The notes under the pieces are model-generated. The model had not been told where the DNA came from and did no database searches. It worked only from the letters and a program-made list of their open reading frames with translations. A stretch of 49,090 bases of DNA from an uncultured candidatus Brocadiaceae bacterium (GTDB lineage: Bacteria; Planctomycetota; Brocadiia; Brocadiales; Brocadiaceae). The stretch covers positions 9,220 through 58,309 of the forward strand of contig CAYJME010000002.1 of the NCBI GenBank assembly GCA_964370795.1, written 5' to 3'. The translations under genes were made by a program, and so were the position numbers. Shown in pieces: positions 40,157-48,536 of this stretch (its first letter is position 1; every line of letters begins with the position of its first letter).

Positions 40157-41362
40157 CTATGCTTCGAATTGAGCTTCTAAGAACACTTTCCACCGTCCGT
40201 TCTTGCTGAAGGATAGATCGCTGTAATCCGGCGCATAGTCCTCCTTACGCGGAAAATAAATCGAGACTCCTTTTGCCCTCGCGACATTATTCCCGCACGT
40301 GGCATTTCGAACTACAAGACTATCCCTGTTTGCAGGATCCAGAGCATTCGTAATCTTGTTAGCGACATCCCTTACTGCTGCATTTTGAGGTATACGCTGA
40401 ATGATTTGCTTTGCGAAATCACCAAGATCAATATACTCCGGCATCTCGAATTTCTGAGCACGATCGCGTGCCAGACTAACGGCGCCAGCCACATTGCTGA
40501 GGTCAGCAAGAAGGGCATCGGCCAACTCGCTCACCAATGCTGACACAGCTTGAATTTGACTAAGATCCAAGGCAGATTGTGTGGCCGTTTCCCCCGTCTT
40601 TTGATAGTATTTCTGATATTCATCAACGATCGTCTTTGTCAAATCAGAAGGACTCATAGTTGGTTTAGCCACCAACAACTTTAAAATTGCCGCGTATGGC
40701 CAACCTGCATTAGGCTCAGTCTCCTCGGAACCAACCATGAAGTTTGCTGTTTCCTTTAACTCGTATGCAATCTCCATCATATTCATCAGACAAGCGTCAC
40801 AACCGAGGATATCGAGTTTTTGGCCGTTCGGTAGCGCATTGAGTATTCCATTACGTAGTTCCTGATTGTCAAGGTAATCGTGCGATCCGCAATCTATAGC
40901 AATAGCACGTGCTTCAGCAGGGCGGTTGTGAACCTTCAGCACGGTGGTACGGAACAGCGCACGTTTGATTCTGTTTAGCTTGGCCGCTGCTTGCGGTTTG
41001 ACTAAGCGAATGTTGGCATAATTGTAATCAGAAGGCAGATTTTCCCAACCACCGCCATGGTTCCACACATCGAGCAAGTACCGCTGTGCCGGATAATTTT
41101 TTATTCCCCACTGGATAAACTCTGTTAAAATTTTGGGATCACCGCAATTTACACCGGGTAATTTCTGAGCTACCATTAACTTCCCTTTCTCAACCCGGTA
41201 GCGGGTAGTCTCGTTTTCCTCTGTATCGAACTGGACGATAACATTCACGTCGGCTGTCGAACCAACCTGCTTCATTTCTTCCAAATCATCCTTGCCGGCA
41301 CCTTCCAAGTTGTTATCTCCTGCCATGTAAACCAGCCATGTCCATTGTGCAATTTTATTCAT
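40157..41362 (-). CDS. Clostripain-family (C11) cysteine peptidase, no signal peptide
   Basis: ATG 41362 is preceded by AAGGAG with 8-nt spacing. The C11 hallmarks are WTWLVYMAGDNNLEG, catalytic His context LLDVWNH102GGGW and Cys context LGCDAC191LMNM. Confidence 0.85.
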   Translation of the reverse strand: MNKIAQWTWLVYMAGDNNLEGAGKDDLEEMKQVGSTADVNVIVQFDTEENETTRYRVEKGKLMVAQKLPGVNCGDPKILTEFIQWGIKNYPAQRYLLDVWNHGGGWENLPSDYNYANIRLVKPQAAAKLNRIKRALFRTTVLKVHNRPAEARAIAIDCGSHDYLDNQELRNGILNALPNGQKLDILGCDACLMNMMEIAYELKETANFMVGSEETEPNAGWPYAAILKLLVAKPTMSPSDLTKTIVDEYQKYYQKTGETATQSALDLSQIQAVSALVSELADALLADLSNVAGAVSLARDRAQKFEMPEYIDLGDFAKQIIQRIPQNAAVRDVANKITNALDPANRDSLVVRNATCGNNVARAKGVSIYFPRKEDYAPDYSDLSFSKNGRWKVFLEAQFEA

Positions 41363-41428
41363 AGTAAAATTCTCCTTTTTCTGTTGAATAGGATTTAACC
41401 AAAAATGAAACATATTAAATTTAGAGGG

Positions 41429-41689
41429 TCATTGCGCCATACCACAGGTTGCTTTATACAGGGCGGTAAAATTATATATGCCGGATATTATATACAAAAC
41501 TGCTCCGATAAAAACTAACGATGCAGCTACTTTAAACCATTTTTTCCAGTTAATGATTTTTCCTAATTCTTTATCAGCTAAAAGATATTTGGGGAGCCAA
41601 TACATAACTGCACCAGACGCAAAAATGAAAAACAGAAAACCAACCCATTGTCCAATCAATAGTTCATTTGTTTTATTTTCGGCATACAA
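41429..41689 (-). CDS. Small two-TM membrane protein
   Basis: 86 aa with a TTG start 9 nt after the upstream stop. Two clear hydrophobic helices are present (WVGFLFFIFASGAVMYWL and VAASLVFIGAVLYIISGIY). No Shine-Dalgarno site, so the call is moderate. Confidence 0.5.
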   Translation of the reverse strand: MYAENKTNELLIGQWVGFLFFIFASGAVMYWLPKYLLADKELGKIINWKKWFKVAASLVFIGAVLYIISGIYNFTALYKATCGMAQ

Positions 41690-41698
41690 AGCTTGCTA

Positions 41699-42439
41699 TT
41701 AAAGTTCCTGCACATACACCTTGCCTTCTTTATACTTCTGACAGCCAATACTTTTATGCCTGCATTCAAGAACCTCTTTCATTCCTTTTAAATTTTCAAG
41801 CATATGTTCACGCAATCCTGGCTCAACGAGACCTAAAAAGTTACCTATTACAACACCACCGCCTGACGGTTCACTGTATAATTCATAAATTACTTTAACT
41901 TCATTTGTCGTGATCGGAATAAGCTCCCATTTACCATATAACTTCTCAATCCTATTATACTCAGGATCTTTCGGGACAAGATCATATGCGCTTGTGATGC
42001 TGATTGTTACCACCTTTGTTGTAATATCTTGCAATCTCGTATCACGCACAACAGAATCATATTTGCTTGTAATAAAAACCCCCTTTTTTTCTGTTTTAAA
42101 TTGTTTGACACTCTCATTTTTAGTATCATCTTCAGAAACTTTCCTTCCTTCAACACAATTATGCATCCATAAATGACTCACTTCTGTGTCTTCCAATAAT
42201 CGAATGATGCTATTTAAAGTTGTTTTAATGGTAACAACACCTTTACAATCTTGAAATTTAGCGCCTTCTACGATGCTTTTTCTGTTAAACATTTCAACTC
42301 CATTGCTATTTTCCATCGGAACTTTTTCCCACCCTGTATCTGGTTTGATCAAAAAAGGATTTTGAATTCCCTGCGCATGTGCATTTGCAGGAATAGCCAA
42401 TAAAAAAACTGCTAGTATTAAAGACCACCTTATATTCAT
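41699..42439 (-). CDS. Secreted START/SRPBCC-like (lipid-binding fold) protein
   Basis: The internal ATG at 42439 gives a Sec-type signal peptide, MNIRWSLILAVFLLAIPANAHA. The mature part resembles START domains (GWEKVPMENSNGVEMFNRK..., LLEDTEVSHLWMHNC, YGKWELIPITTNEVKVIYELYSEPSGG). The longer ORF to 42643 would read through a terminator-like hairpin. Confidence 0.55.
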   Translation of the reverse strand: MNIRWSLILAVFLLAIPANAHAQGIQNPFLIKPDTGWEKVPMENSNGVEMFNRKSIVEGAKFQDCKGVVTIKTTLNSIIRLLEDTEVSHLWMHNCVEGRKVSEDDTKNESVKQFKTEKKGVFITSKYDSVVRDTRLQDITTKVVTISITSAYDLVPKDPEYNRIEKLYGKWELIPITTNEVKVIYELYSEPSGGGVVIGNFLGLVEPGLREHMLENLKGMKEVLECRHKSIGCQKYKEGKVYVQEL

Positions 42440-42612
42440 GGACACCTTCACAAGAAAATTCCCTCCATAATTTATAGTGAATAGGTAAATTTTCACCAAA
42501 TTAGCACAATTTTTATTTTTCAAAATAGCGCGATGCATTCTAGCCACTATAAGACGAGTAATATCACTATTGCCATAAGCAACTTTTATCATATCTATGA
42601 CAGCATTAAAAT

Positions 42613-42641
42613 GCGGGAACAGGTTGCAAACCCGCTCCCGC
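42613..42641 (-). terminator. Terminator-like hairpin, family copy 2
   Basis: GCGGGAACAGG-TTGCAAA-CCCGCTCCCGC. The two mismatches are A-C on the plus strand but become G-U wobbles in a minus-strand transcript. It lies about 35 nt after the stop at 42674 and is followed on the minus strand by ATTTTAAT. Confidence 0.5.
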
Positions 42642-42673
42642 ATTGGAGCTGTACCCTTAAATATAGTTAACGT

Positions 42674-43186
42674 TTAAGCAGCAACCTTTATGGCGATATT
42701 TGCAGCAGTAATTGCAACATTAATAACTGTATCCAGAATATCTTTTGCCAGTTGACGTTGAGCAATTTCCTGATCAGCACCCTTCAGAAAATTCGATATT
42801 TGGGAAATTTCATCATCAGGAAGTAATTGAGGAATATTTTCAAATACTTCGTTTTCTGTTATTAACCCTAACGCATCTCCTAATGCAGTTCTTTGATCCT
42901 CAATATTCAATGCAGTCGCTTTAGACAATGGATGAGTACTAGATGCTGCATTAACCATTAACTCCGTAAGCGCATTATCCATTGATACAATGGCATTTCT
43001 CTTTTCTTTATTATTTGTTAAAGTTTTTGAATTAGCTTCCGAAACAAACTTTTTTAAAAGCTCAATCACAGCATTTTCATCACTTTTATCAGCTTTATTT
43101 TTATTATCTTTAATCAGTTCAAACAAATTTACAAAAATAGGTACAAGGTCTTTGCCTATTTTTATTAAGTCATTTAAATTTGACAT
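42674..43186 (-). CDS. Hypothetical all-helical protein with hydrophobic C-terminal segment
   Basis: 170 aa with an AGGAGG Shine-Dalgarno site at 7-nt spacing and no signal peptide. The C-terminus is ILDTVINVAITAANIAIKVAA. The coding sequence is very AT-rich. Confidence 0.6.
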   Translation of the reverse strand: MSNLNDLIKIGKDLVPIFVNLFELIKDNKNKADKSDENAVIELLKKFVSEANSKTLTNNKEKRNAIVSMDNALTELMVNAASSTHPLSKATALNIEDQRTALGDALGLITENEVFENIPQLLPDDEISQISNFLKGADQEIAQRQLAKDILDTVINVAITAANIAIKVAA

Positions 43187-43206
43187 GATAGTAGCCTCCT
43201 GTCTTA

Positions 43207-43866
43207 TTAGCTAACTTTTTTATATACTTTTATTAATATATCACGGGACCGTTCAATCGTTTTCTGAATCCTCTCATTTTCCTTTCTTCTTTCTTCTTCT
43301 GACCTCTTGTCAATTTGTCCAAGTTCTTCTTGTAGACTGCGGATGGCAGAAACAGTCATAACAACGCCATCAATATCAAAACTCCTAAGGACAAATTCAG
43401 CATCAGAACTACTTAAATACTTTACAATTATGTCATTGTTTTCTTTTAACGTTTTTACTGCATCTATGAGTGCTTTGTATGATTTCAATATTATTTCTTT
43501 TCTCGCTTCGTTTATTTGAATATCTGAAAGGTTTATTACCTCCTCAAGGTTGATTTCTGCTAATTTCATGGAGAGCAATCTTTGATTTCCAGTTACATTT
43601 GCATCAACTTGAAGTAAGACCTCAGCCTTCTTTAAATCACGCTCCCATGTTAGCAAATCAAGTTCACGTTTTTTGTCAGCCTTAAGCTGATCATTTAAAG
43701 AAATTTCTATATCATTTTTATTTTCCTCTAATAAATTTTTTAATTTACTGTAATATTCATCTTGCTTTTTACTTAATTCAGTCACATTTGATCTGCTCAT
43801 AGCACAACCTGTTGTCAAACTTAAGGACAGAAAAATACAGAAAATTATTATTTGTTTGACATTCAT
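43207..43866 (-). CDS. Coiled-coil lipoprotein of unknown function
   Basis: 219 aa. The leader IIIFCIFLSLSLTTGC ends G-C, and the rest is charged and heptad-like. Its ATG overlaps the upstream stop (ATGA at 43863-43866). Confidence 0.7.
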   Translation of the reverse strand: MNVKQIIIFCIFLSLSLTTGCAMSRSNVTELSKKQDEYYSKLKNLLEENKNDIEISLNDQLKADKKRELDLLTWERDLKKAEVLLQVDANVTGNQRLLSMKLAEINLEEVINLSDIQINEARKEIILKSYKALIDAVKTLKENNDIIVKYLSSSDAEFVLRSFDIDGVVMTVSAIRSLQEELGQIDKRSEEERRKENERIQKTIERSRDILIKVYKKVS

Positions 43867-44576
43867 TTTTTATTCTCCTTATCAATTTCATCGATAGCAT
43901 CAGTAATATTTTTTTGGAGTGCATTTACCTGGTCTTGTGTAGGTGACACATCAATAGCTAACCACGAATCTACTTTTCCGTGCATTACTTTCATCAAAGC
44001 TACTTGTTTTCTGAGAATTTCAAGCATAAGATGTGTCCTTTCAGCAGTATTAGCCTCATTCTCAAAAGCTGCTTTGTATATAGACTCTGTTTTTTCAACT
44101 TCTAGAGGTTTAGGAGGCAATGTAGACTTAATGGTTTTTAAATCATTGCGGCAGTGTATTAATGATGCTTTTAATTTTTCATTATCAGTAGAATTTATTT
44201 TTTCTTCCAGTCTTTTGATTTCTGCATCAAAATCTATAAATGCATAATCTATCCATGGTTGAATGTTCTTATCATAACTTAGGAATAGATTGTCAGCATT
44301 GACAGTAGTACTCGTCCCAGGAATAGCAGCCTCTATAGCTTTTTGCGCAATGCGCATCCTTCCCGTTTCAATAATACGATCCTGTTTTTGTTTGTGAAAC
44401 TGATCAAAAGATGTTTGTAGGTTAACAACTGCGTCATCAACAGCCTTAATCAGCTCTATCTGTGCCTTTGACGCATTTTTTACTTCAATAGGCGTAGCAC
44501 ATCCTTGCATCAACATCGCAGTAGCTAGCAAGCTTGGCAATGCAATGCATGAAACGTGTTGTTTTCGTCTTACCAT
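43863..44576 (-). CDS. Coiled-coil lipoprotein of unknown function
   Basis: ATG 44576 is preceded by AAGGAG at 9-nt spacing. The leader is MVRRKQHVSCIALPSLLATAMLMQGC, and the remainder is helical and charged. The ORF-track start at 44603 is a TTG. Confidence 0.7.
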   Translation of the reverse strand: MVRRKQHVSCIALPSLLATAMLMQGCATPIEVKNASKAQIELIKAVDDAVVNLQTSFDQFHKQKQDRIIETGRMRIAQKAIEAAIPGTSTTVNADNLFLSYDKNIQPWIDYAFIDFDAEIKRLEEKINSTDNEKLKASLIHCRNDLKTIKSTLPPKPLEVEKTESIYKAAFENEANTAERTHLMLEILRKQVALMKVMHGKVDSWLAIDVSPTQDQVNALQKNITDAIDEIDKENKK

Positions 44577-44663
44577 AACGTTTCTCTCCTTTAATTTATT
44601 CAAACTTGTATGAGTCCATCTATCGGTTTTGGTAGAGTTGAAAGGTTACAACTATTTCACCAT

Positions 44664-45503
44664 CTAAATAGTAAATGGCACTTGTTTCTCAAATGTACGG
44701 TTAATCTCCCCTACGCGGAAATAATTGGGCGACTGATAGGGAGGCATACGACGACCTATGGCACGCCAGAAGGCGCGATATCCCTTTCTTTTATATTTGC
44801 CTTCATTCCAAACATTCAAGAGCTTTGAGGTAAACAAACCATTAAACGTACCATCAGCAGAATATTGGTTATCCTGACAACCCGATATGAGAAGCACAGA
44901 TGCCTTTACTGCATCACTCGACTCCTTTAATTTTGCATCTTTCAATATAGGGTCATAAAACTTTTTATTATCCCTGTATACCCGTGGTGCAATTTCCAAT
45001 GGCATACACCGATATCGGGTTTCCGGGGAAGTCCCTGTCATACCGAGAGAGTTCATTATCGATCGAAAATGCACATCCTTTGTTACCGTACCGCTGTGAC
45101 AACTATCGGAAAACACTACAACGCGCACACCCTGTGCAAATTTCCCCAGTAAGGCGTAAATCTCATCGTCTACAAGTTCGCCATCGTACAAACACCACGT
45201 CTCATCCTGGGCATCGTCCTCATCGTCGTTTAAATCAGGAAGTTGACCGCCATGACCGGAATAGCTCAGCATAAAGATATCACCGGATGTTAACGTACTT
45301 GTCGCCTTATTAACCGAATCAAACATGTTTGCCCTTGTGGCTGCTTTCGTAAGGAGGGTTTTTACATCAAAACCTTTCGATTTTACAATCTCCGCCATAT
45401 CATTTGCATCATTTTCGCATGCATTCAGTTCCCCCGACCATCCACTATATTTTGCGGGATCAACTGCGTTTAAACCGATTGTTAACGCCATGCCTTTTGC
45501 CAT
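44664..45503 (-). CDS. Caspase-like (C14, orthocaspase/metacaspase-type) cysteine peptidase, single domain
   Basis: 279 aa with an AGGAGG Shine-Dalgarno site. The His context is FMLSYSGH84GG and the Cys context VVVFSDSC135HSGT. An acidic insert (LNDDEDDAQDETW) lies between them. No signal peptide. Confidence 0.9.
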   Translation of the reverse strand: MAKGMALTIGLNAVDPAKYSGWSGELNACENDANDMAEIVKSKGFDVKTLLTKAATRANMFDSVNKATSTLTSGDIFMLSYSGHGGQLPDLNDDEDDAQDETWCLYDGELVDDEIYALLGKFAQGVRVVVFSDSCHSGTVTKDVHFRSIMNSLGMTGTSPETRYRCMPLEIAPRVYRDNKKFYDPILKDAKLKESSDAVKASVLLISGCQDNQYSADGTFNGLFTSKLLNVWNEGKYKRKGYRAFWRAIGRRMPPYQSPNYFRVGEINRTFEKQVPFTI

Positions 45504-45787
45504 GTTACACCTCCTGTATTATTTTTCATGAATTTTAAGTAAAGTTTAGTATTGTTTTGTAAATACTTACTTTTTACAATTTTTTAACAACCCCTTTTAT
45601 GGTAATTTATTTACAGCTTGTTGCGTTATGCATTTTAATACTTTTTTTTAATAAAATGCAAACTATAAAACATTTGTTCGTATTATTTTTATTCCTCCTT
45701 TCCAGTACAATCTGTATTGTTTTTGATTTTTTTATTAAACAAGCTTTTTGTTACTAATTTTATAGTTACCTCTAGCAGATATCACAA

Positions 45788-48379
45788 TTAAACTATTTCT
45801 TCCAACAACTTTTCAGAAACACATTCTTTTATAATTTCACTCAAATTTACGCCAAACACCTCCGAAAATTTTCTATAAGTTTCTGCCTGTGCAAAGTAAT
45901 TGAGATGATAGACATGTTGATTTGGATCGAACGTAAAGTTGTTTCCACTATTAACGCCTCTTGGCCACGGAACTACCATTTTGTCTGTATCGACTATGAG
46001 ATCATTGGGATCGCCAAAAAAGGCATCGGCAATTCTATCAATGATATCGTCTTTGATACCGCCCTGGAGAGCACCCGTCGGCTCATAGTTTGATCCAATG
46101 GTATTGTAGGTAACCGCCCCATTCAAGATCTCGCTGCTTTGGTTCAATTTTTTAATAAAATCTGAACACGGATTCATTGCCCAAACACCAGGCACTGCAT
46201 GCGGGTCTTCTAATTTTGAAGCGGCAAACTTCACCAGCCCTCCTACAATACTAAAGAATATCTTAAACGCAATATTGGGCGTTAAAAAAAAGACATTTGT
46301 CAAAAGGTTTATCATCCGGGAAAGTGAAGTCCATTTCCCTGGATTTGCCAAATTGGTTCCCCCGGCAGGACATGCAACCATGAGCACCTTATCAACATAA
46401 CTGCAACCACCAACAATCTCCACAAAAGACCTTAATACAAGCCCACCACGGCTGTGCGTTATACAGTCGAATTTCAATCCGGTATCTAAAAGACCTTGAT
46501 TCTTTAGTTCCTCCAACATGTTATTGGCATTCTCTTCGGGAGTCTTGGATAAGGTAAAGTGGTCGTATCCCAAAATAAGGGGATAGCGATTTGTTAACGT
46601 TTCCAGGATTTTCGGCTGCACATATTCATACCCACCTGCAAGCGAACTAGCCGTACCATGAATAAAAAGAAGCGCCCTTTTGTTATCTTTCACCAAATCT
46701 TTGATACTACCCCAATCTGAGATGGGGCTGGACTGTGTAAGACTTTCGACAAAGCCTTTACGTGGGTCAATTCGTTTAAAACCTTCATTCATCACGTTTT
46801 TTTCATATGCATTTAACATGGCACAGATAGCAGCAGAACTACCATCCTGTATCCAATCTTTTGCGAATTTAAAGACGTACACCACATTACTCCACAGACC
46901 TCTTGTCGTTGTATCCTGCACCTTAAATGGAACAGTAAATGATCTAATATCTTCTTTATCACTGATTATTAAATCTTTACCATGTGGATTCTCTACATCT
47001 TTAAAGTGCCAAGTCCATACTCCATCTTCGTACGATAAGAGCACAGCCTCTTCGTCTGGATTACATCTGATCGCAAGCTGAATTGGTTTCACAGCCTCTT
47101 CAACTCCAAGCGAGCGCTGTTCATTTGGGCAAAATTCGATGGCGTGGGTCATTTGGAAATCTTTGTTTTCCAGGAAATCCAGGCATCCTGGTTGGTAAGT
47201 GTCACCCAGTGCATCACGACGCCCTTCCGAATCTTTTGATTTCGCCAATTCCGTGAAGTCTCTTACCGTCCCGACAAATTCAGACGTAGAAGGCAGGACA
47301 ATATCCCGGGAAATGGCACATTTCGAGCGTTTTGTGGAAACGAATATGCGTTTTGCGGCCTTAGAGAATATGGCAGGAGAACCTTCCTTCTTTTTCAAGT
47401 CTTGATCAGAATCGGCGGCTGGTTTCTCAGTGACAGCACAACCTTTTGCCGGATGTCCTTCTTTGTATACGAGAAGATGGCCATACTCACAGGTTGGCTC
47501 ATCCTTTAATGAAGCGGAAAGAAACCTCATAGCCCTTAATTCCTTGTTACCATTTAACTGAGGAATCTGGCTGAAAGAGTTAAACGCAAGACTATTTCTC
47601 ACTTTTGTTATAAGGTCTTGACAGGTTATCAACCCTCTCGTATCCCGTATCGTTTTACACAGGTTATACGTAAAGGCGCCGTTGTAATCATTATTGATAT
47701 TCGCGTCAACTGAGGTTTGGTCATCCATACAACCGGCTAATAATACGTGCTTCGCTTCGGCATTATTCCCGCCATCTCCGGTTTTTTTGTCCTCCTTGAT
47801 TTTAGAACCAAGACGATTAACCTTTACTGATTTACTATAACTCCTCAATGCAATATCGGCTGGCGGCTCTATAAAGCGGGGCTGCAGTTTTCTCTCCCCC
47901 ATTGGGATTCCTAATTCAGACGTTAGGAATTCAAGGTCACGGGTTGCGGTACCCGAATGGCACGAATCAAGACAAACGGTGAGATAAACCCCCTTGGGCA
48001 AGCGGTCAATGATATCGTTAAAGTCATCGTCAAGCAGGTAGGAATCCGGGTTCCTGAAATCCATATCGTATAAACACAAGATTTCGTCCATACCGTCATC
48101 CAGTTCATCGCCATTGCGGTCTTGAATCTGTGAACCATGTCCTGAAAAGTGAAATAACAGTAAATCTCCAGCCTGTACGCCGTCTAAAAGCCAATCGAAC
48201 CGATTCATCAGGTTATTCCGGGTAACCGCCTCGTCCGTAAGGGAGCGAATTTCTTCAGAGGAAAATCCATAGAAACTGGTGAGTATATCTGCCATATTGC
48301 GGACGTCATTAATACACCCATTGAGGGGCCTGACATTTTTGTATTTATTAACCCCAACTAATAATGCCTTTTTTGCCAT
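45788..48379 (-). CDS. Caspase-like (C14) domain fused to a C-terminal alpha/beta-hydrolase (lipase/esterase-like) domain
   Basis: ATG 48379 is preceded by AAGGAG at 8-nt spacing, and the TTG at 48403 is the longest ORF. The N-terminus shows LLLFHFSGHG and VCLDSCHSGT. The C-terminus shows ALLFIHGTASS and the elbow CITHSRGG (Ser codon at 46451-46453). VACPAGGT, NDLIVDTD and HVYHLNYF are further candidate hydrolase residues. Confidence 0.9.
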   Translation of the reverse strand: MAKKALLVGVNKYKNVRPLNGCINDVRNMADILTSFYGFSSEEIRSLTDEAVTRNNLMNRFDWLLDGVQAGDLLLFHFSGHGSQIQDRNGDELDDGMDEILCLYDMDFRNPDSYLLDDDFNDIIDRLPKGVYLTVCLDSCHSGTATRDLEFLTSELGIPMGERKLQPRFIEPPADIALRSYSKSVKVNRLGSKIKEDKKTGDGGNNAEAKHVLLAGCMDDQTSVDANINNDYNGAFTYNLCKTIRDTRGLITCQDLITKVRNSLAFNSFSQIPQLNGNKELRAMRFLSASLKDEPTCEYGHLLVYKEGHPAKGCAVTEKPAADSDQDLKKKEGSPAIFSKAAKRIFVSTKRSKCAISRDIVLPSTSEFVGTVRDFTELAKSKDSEGRRDALGDTYQPGCLDFLENKDFQMTHAIEFCPNEQRSLGVEEAVKPIQLAIRCNPDEEAVLLSYEDGVWTWHFKDVENPHGKDLIISDKEDIRSFTVPFKVQDTTTRGLWSNVVYVFKFAKDWIQDGSSAAICAMLNAYEKNVMNEGFKRIDPRKGFVESLTQSSPISDWGSIKDLVKDNKRALLFIHGTASSLAGGYEYVQPKILETLTNRYPLILGYDHFTLSKTPEENANNMLEELKNQGLLDTGLKFDCITHSRGGLVLRSFVEIVGGCSYVDKVLMVACPAGGTNLANPGKWTSLSRMINLLTNVFFLTPNIAFKIFFSIVGGLVKFAASKLEDPHAVPGVWAMNPCSDFIKKLNQSSEILNGAVTYNTIGSNYEPTGALQGGIKDDIIDRIADAFFGDPNDLIVDTDKMVVPWPRGVNSGNNFTFDPNQHVYHLNYFAQAETYRKFSEVFGVNLSEIIKECVSEKLLEEIV

Positions 48380-48419
48380 AGTCCTTTCTCCTTTTTTAGT
48401 CAAAAAATAGTGGATAGCT

Positions 48420-48530
48420 TCACTTACAATGACGCTTGAAATATCATTGGAAGGACAACAGTTCGAAGCAAACTCGCCTTTTCATACTTCTTGGTAACCA
48501 GTATGTTCGTAAGAGTTAAAATGTAAGTGA
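48420..48530. promoter_or_regulatory. Candidate operator dyad between wHTH-like gene and caspase-hydrolase gene
   Basis: TCACTTACA (48420-48428) and TGTAAGTGA (48522-48530) are exact reverse complements. They bracket most of the 133-bp intergenic spacer. An inner CATACT/AGTATG hairpin lies around GGTAACC (48484-48506). Confidence 0.3.
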
Positions 48531-48536
48531 CATTTT

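Noticed and set aside
41699-42643. The long versions of several ORF-track entries (41699..42643, 7668.., 8785.., 13133.., 28770.., 40157..41413, 43863..44603, 45788..48403)
   Set aside because: In each case an internal ATG with a good Shine-Dalgarno site starts the recognisable domain or signal peptide. The upstream extension overlaps the previous gene or a hairpin, or begins at TTG or GTG.
43207-44576. The ~220-240 aa proteins next to the caspase considered as bacterial gasdermins
   Set aside because: Both have lipoprotein-type leaders and look like all-helical coiled coils. Bacterial gasdermins are leaderless and beta-rich. Only structure prediction could fully exclude it.
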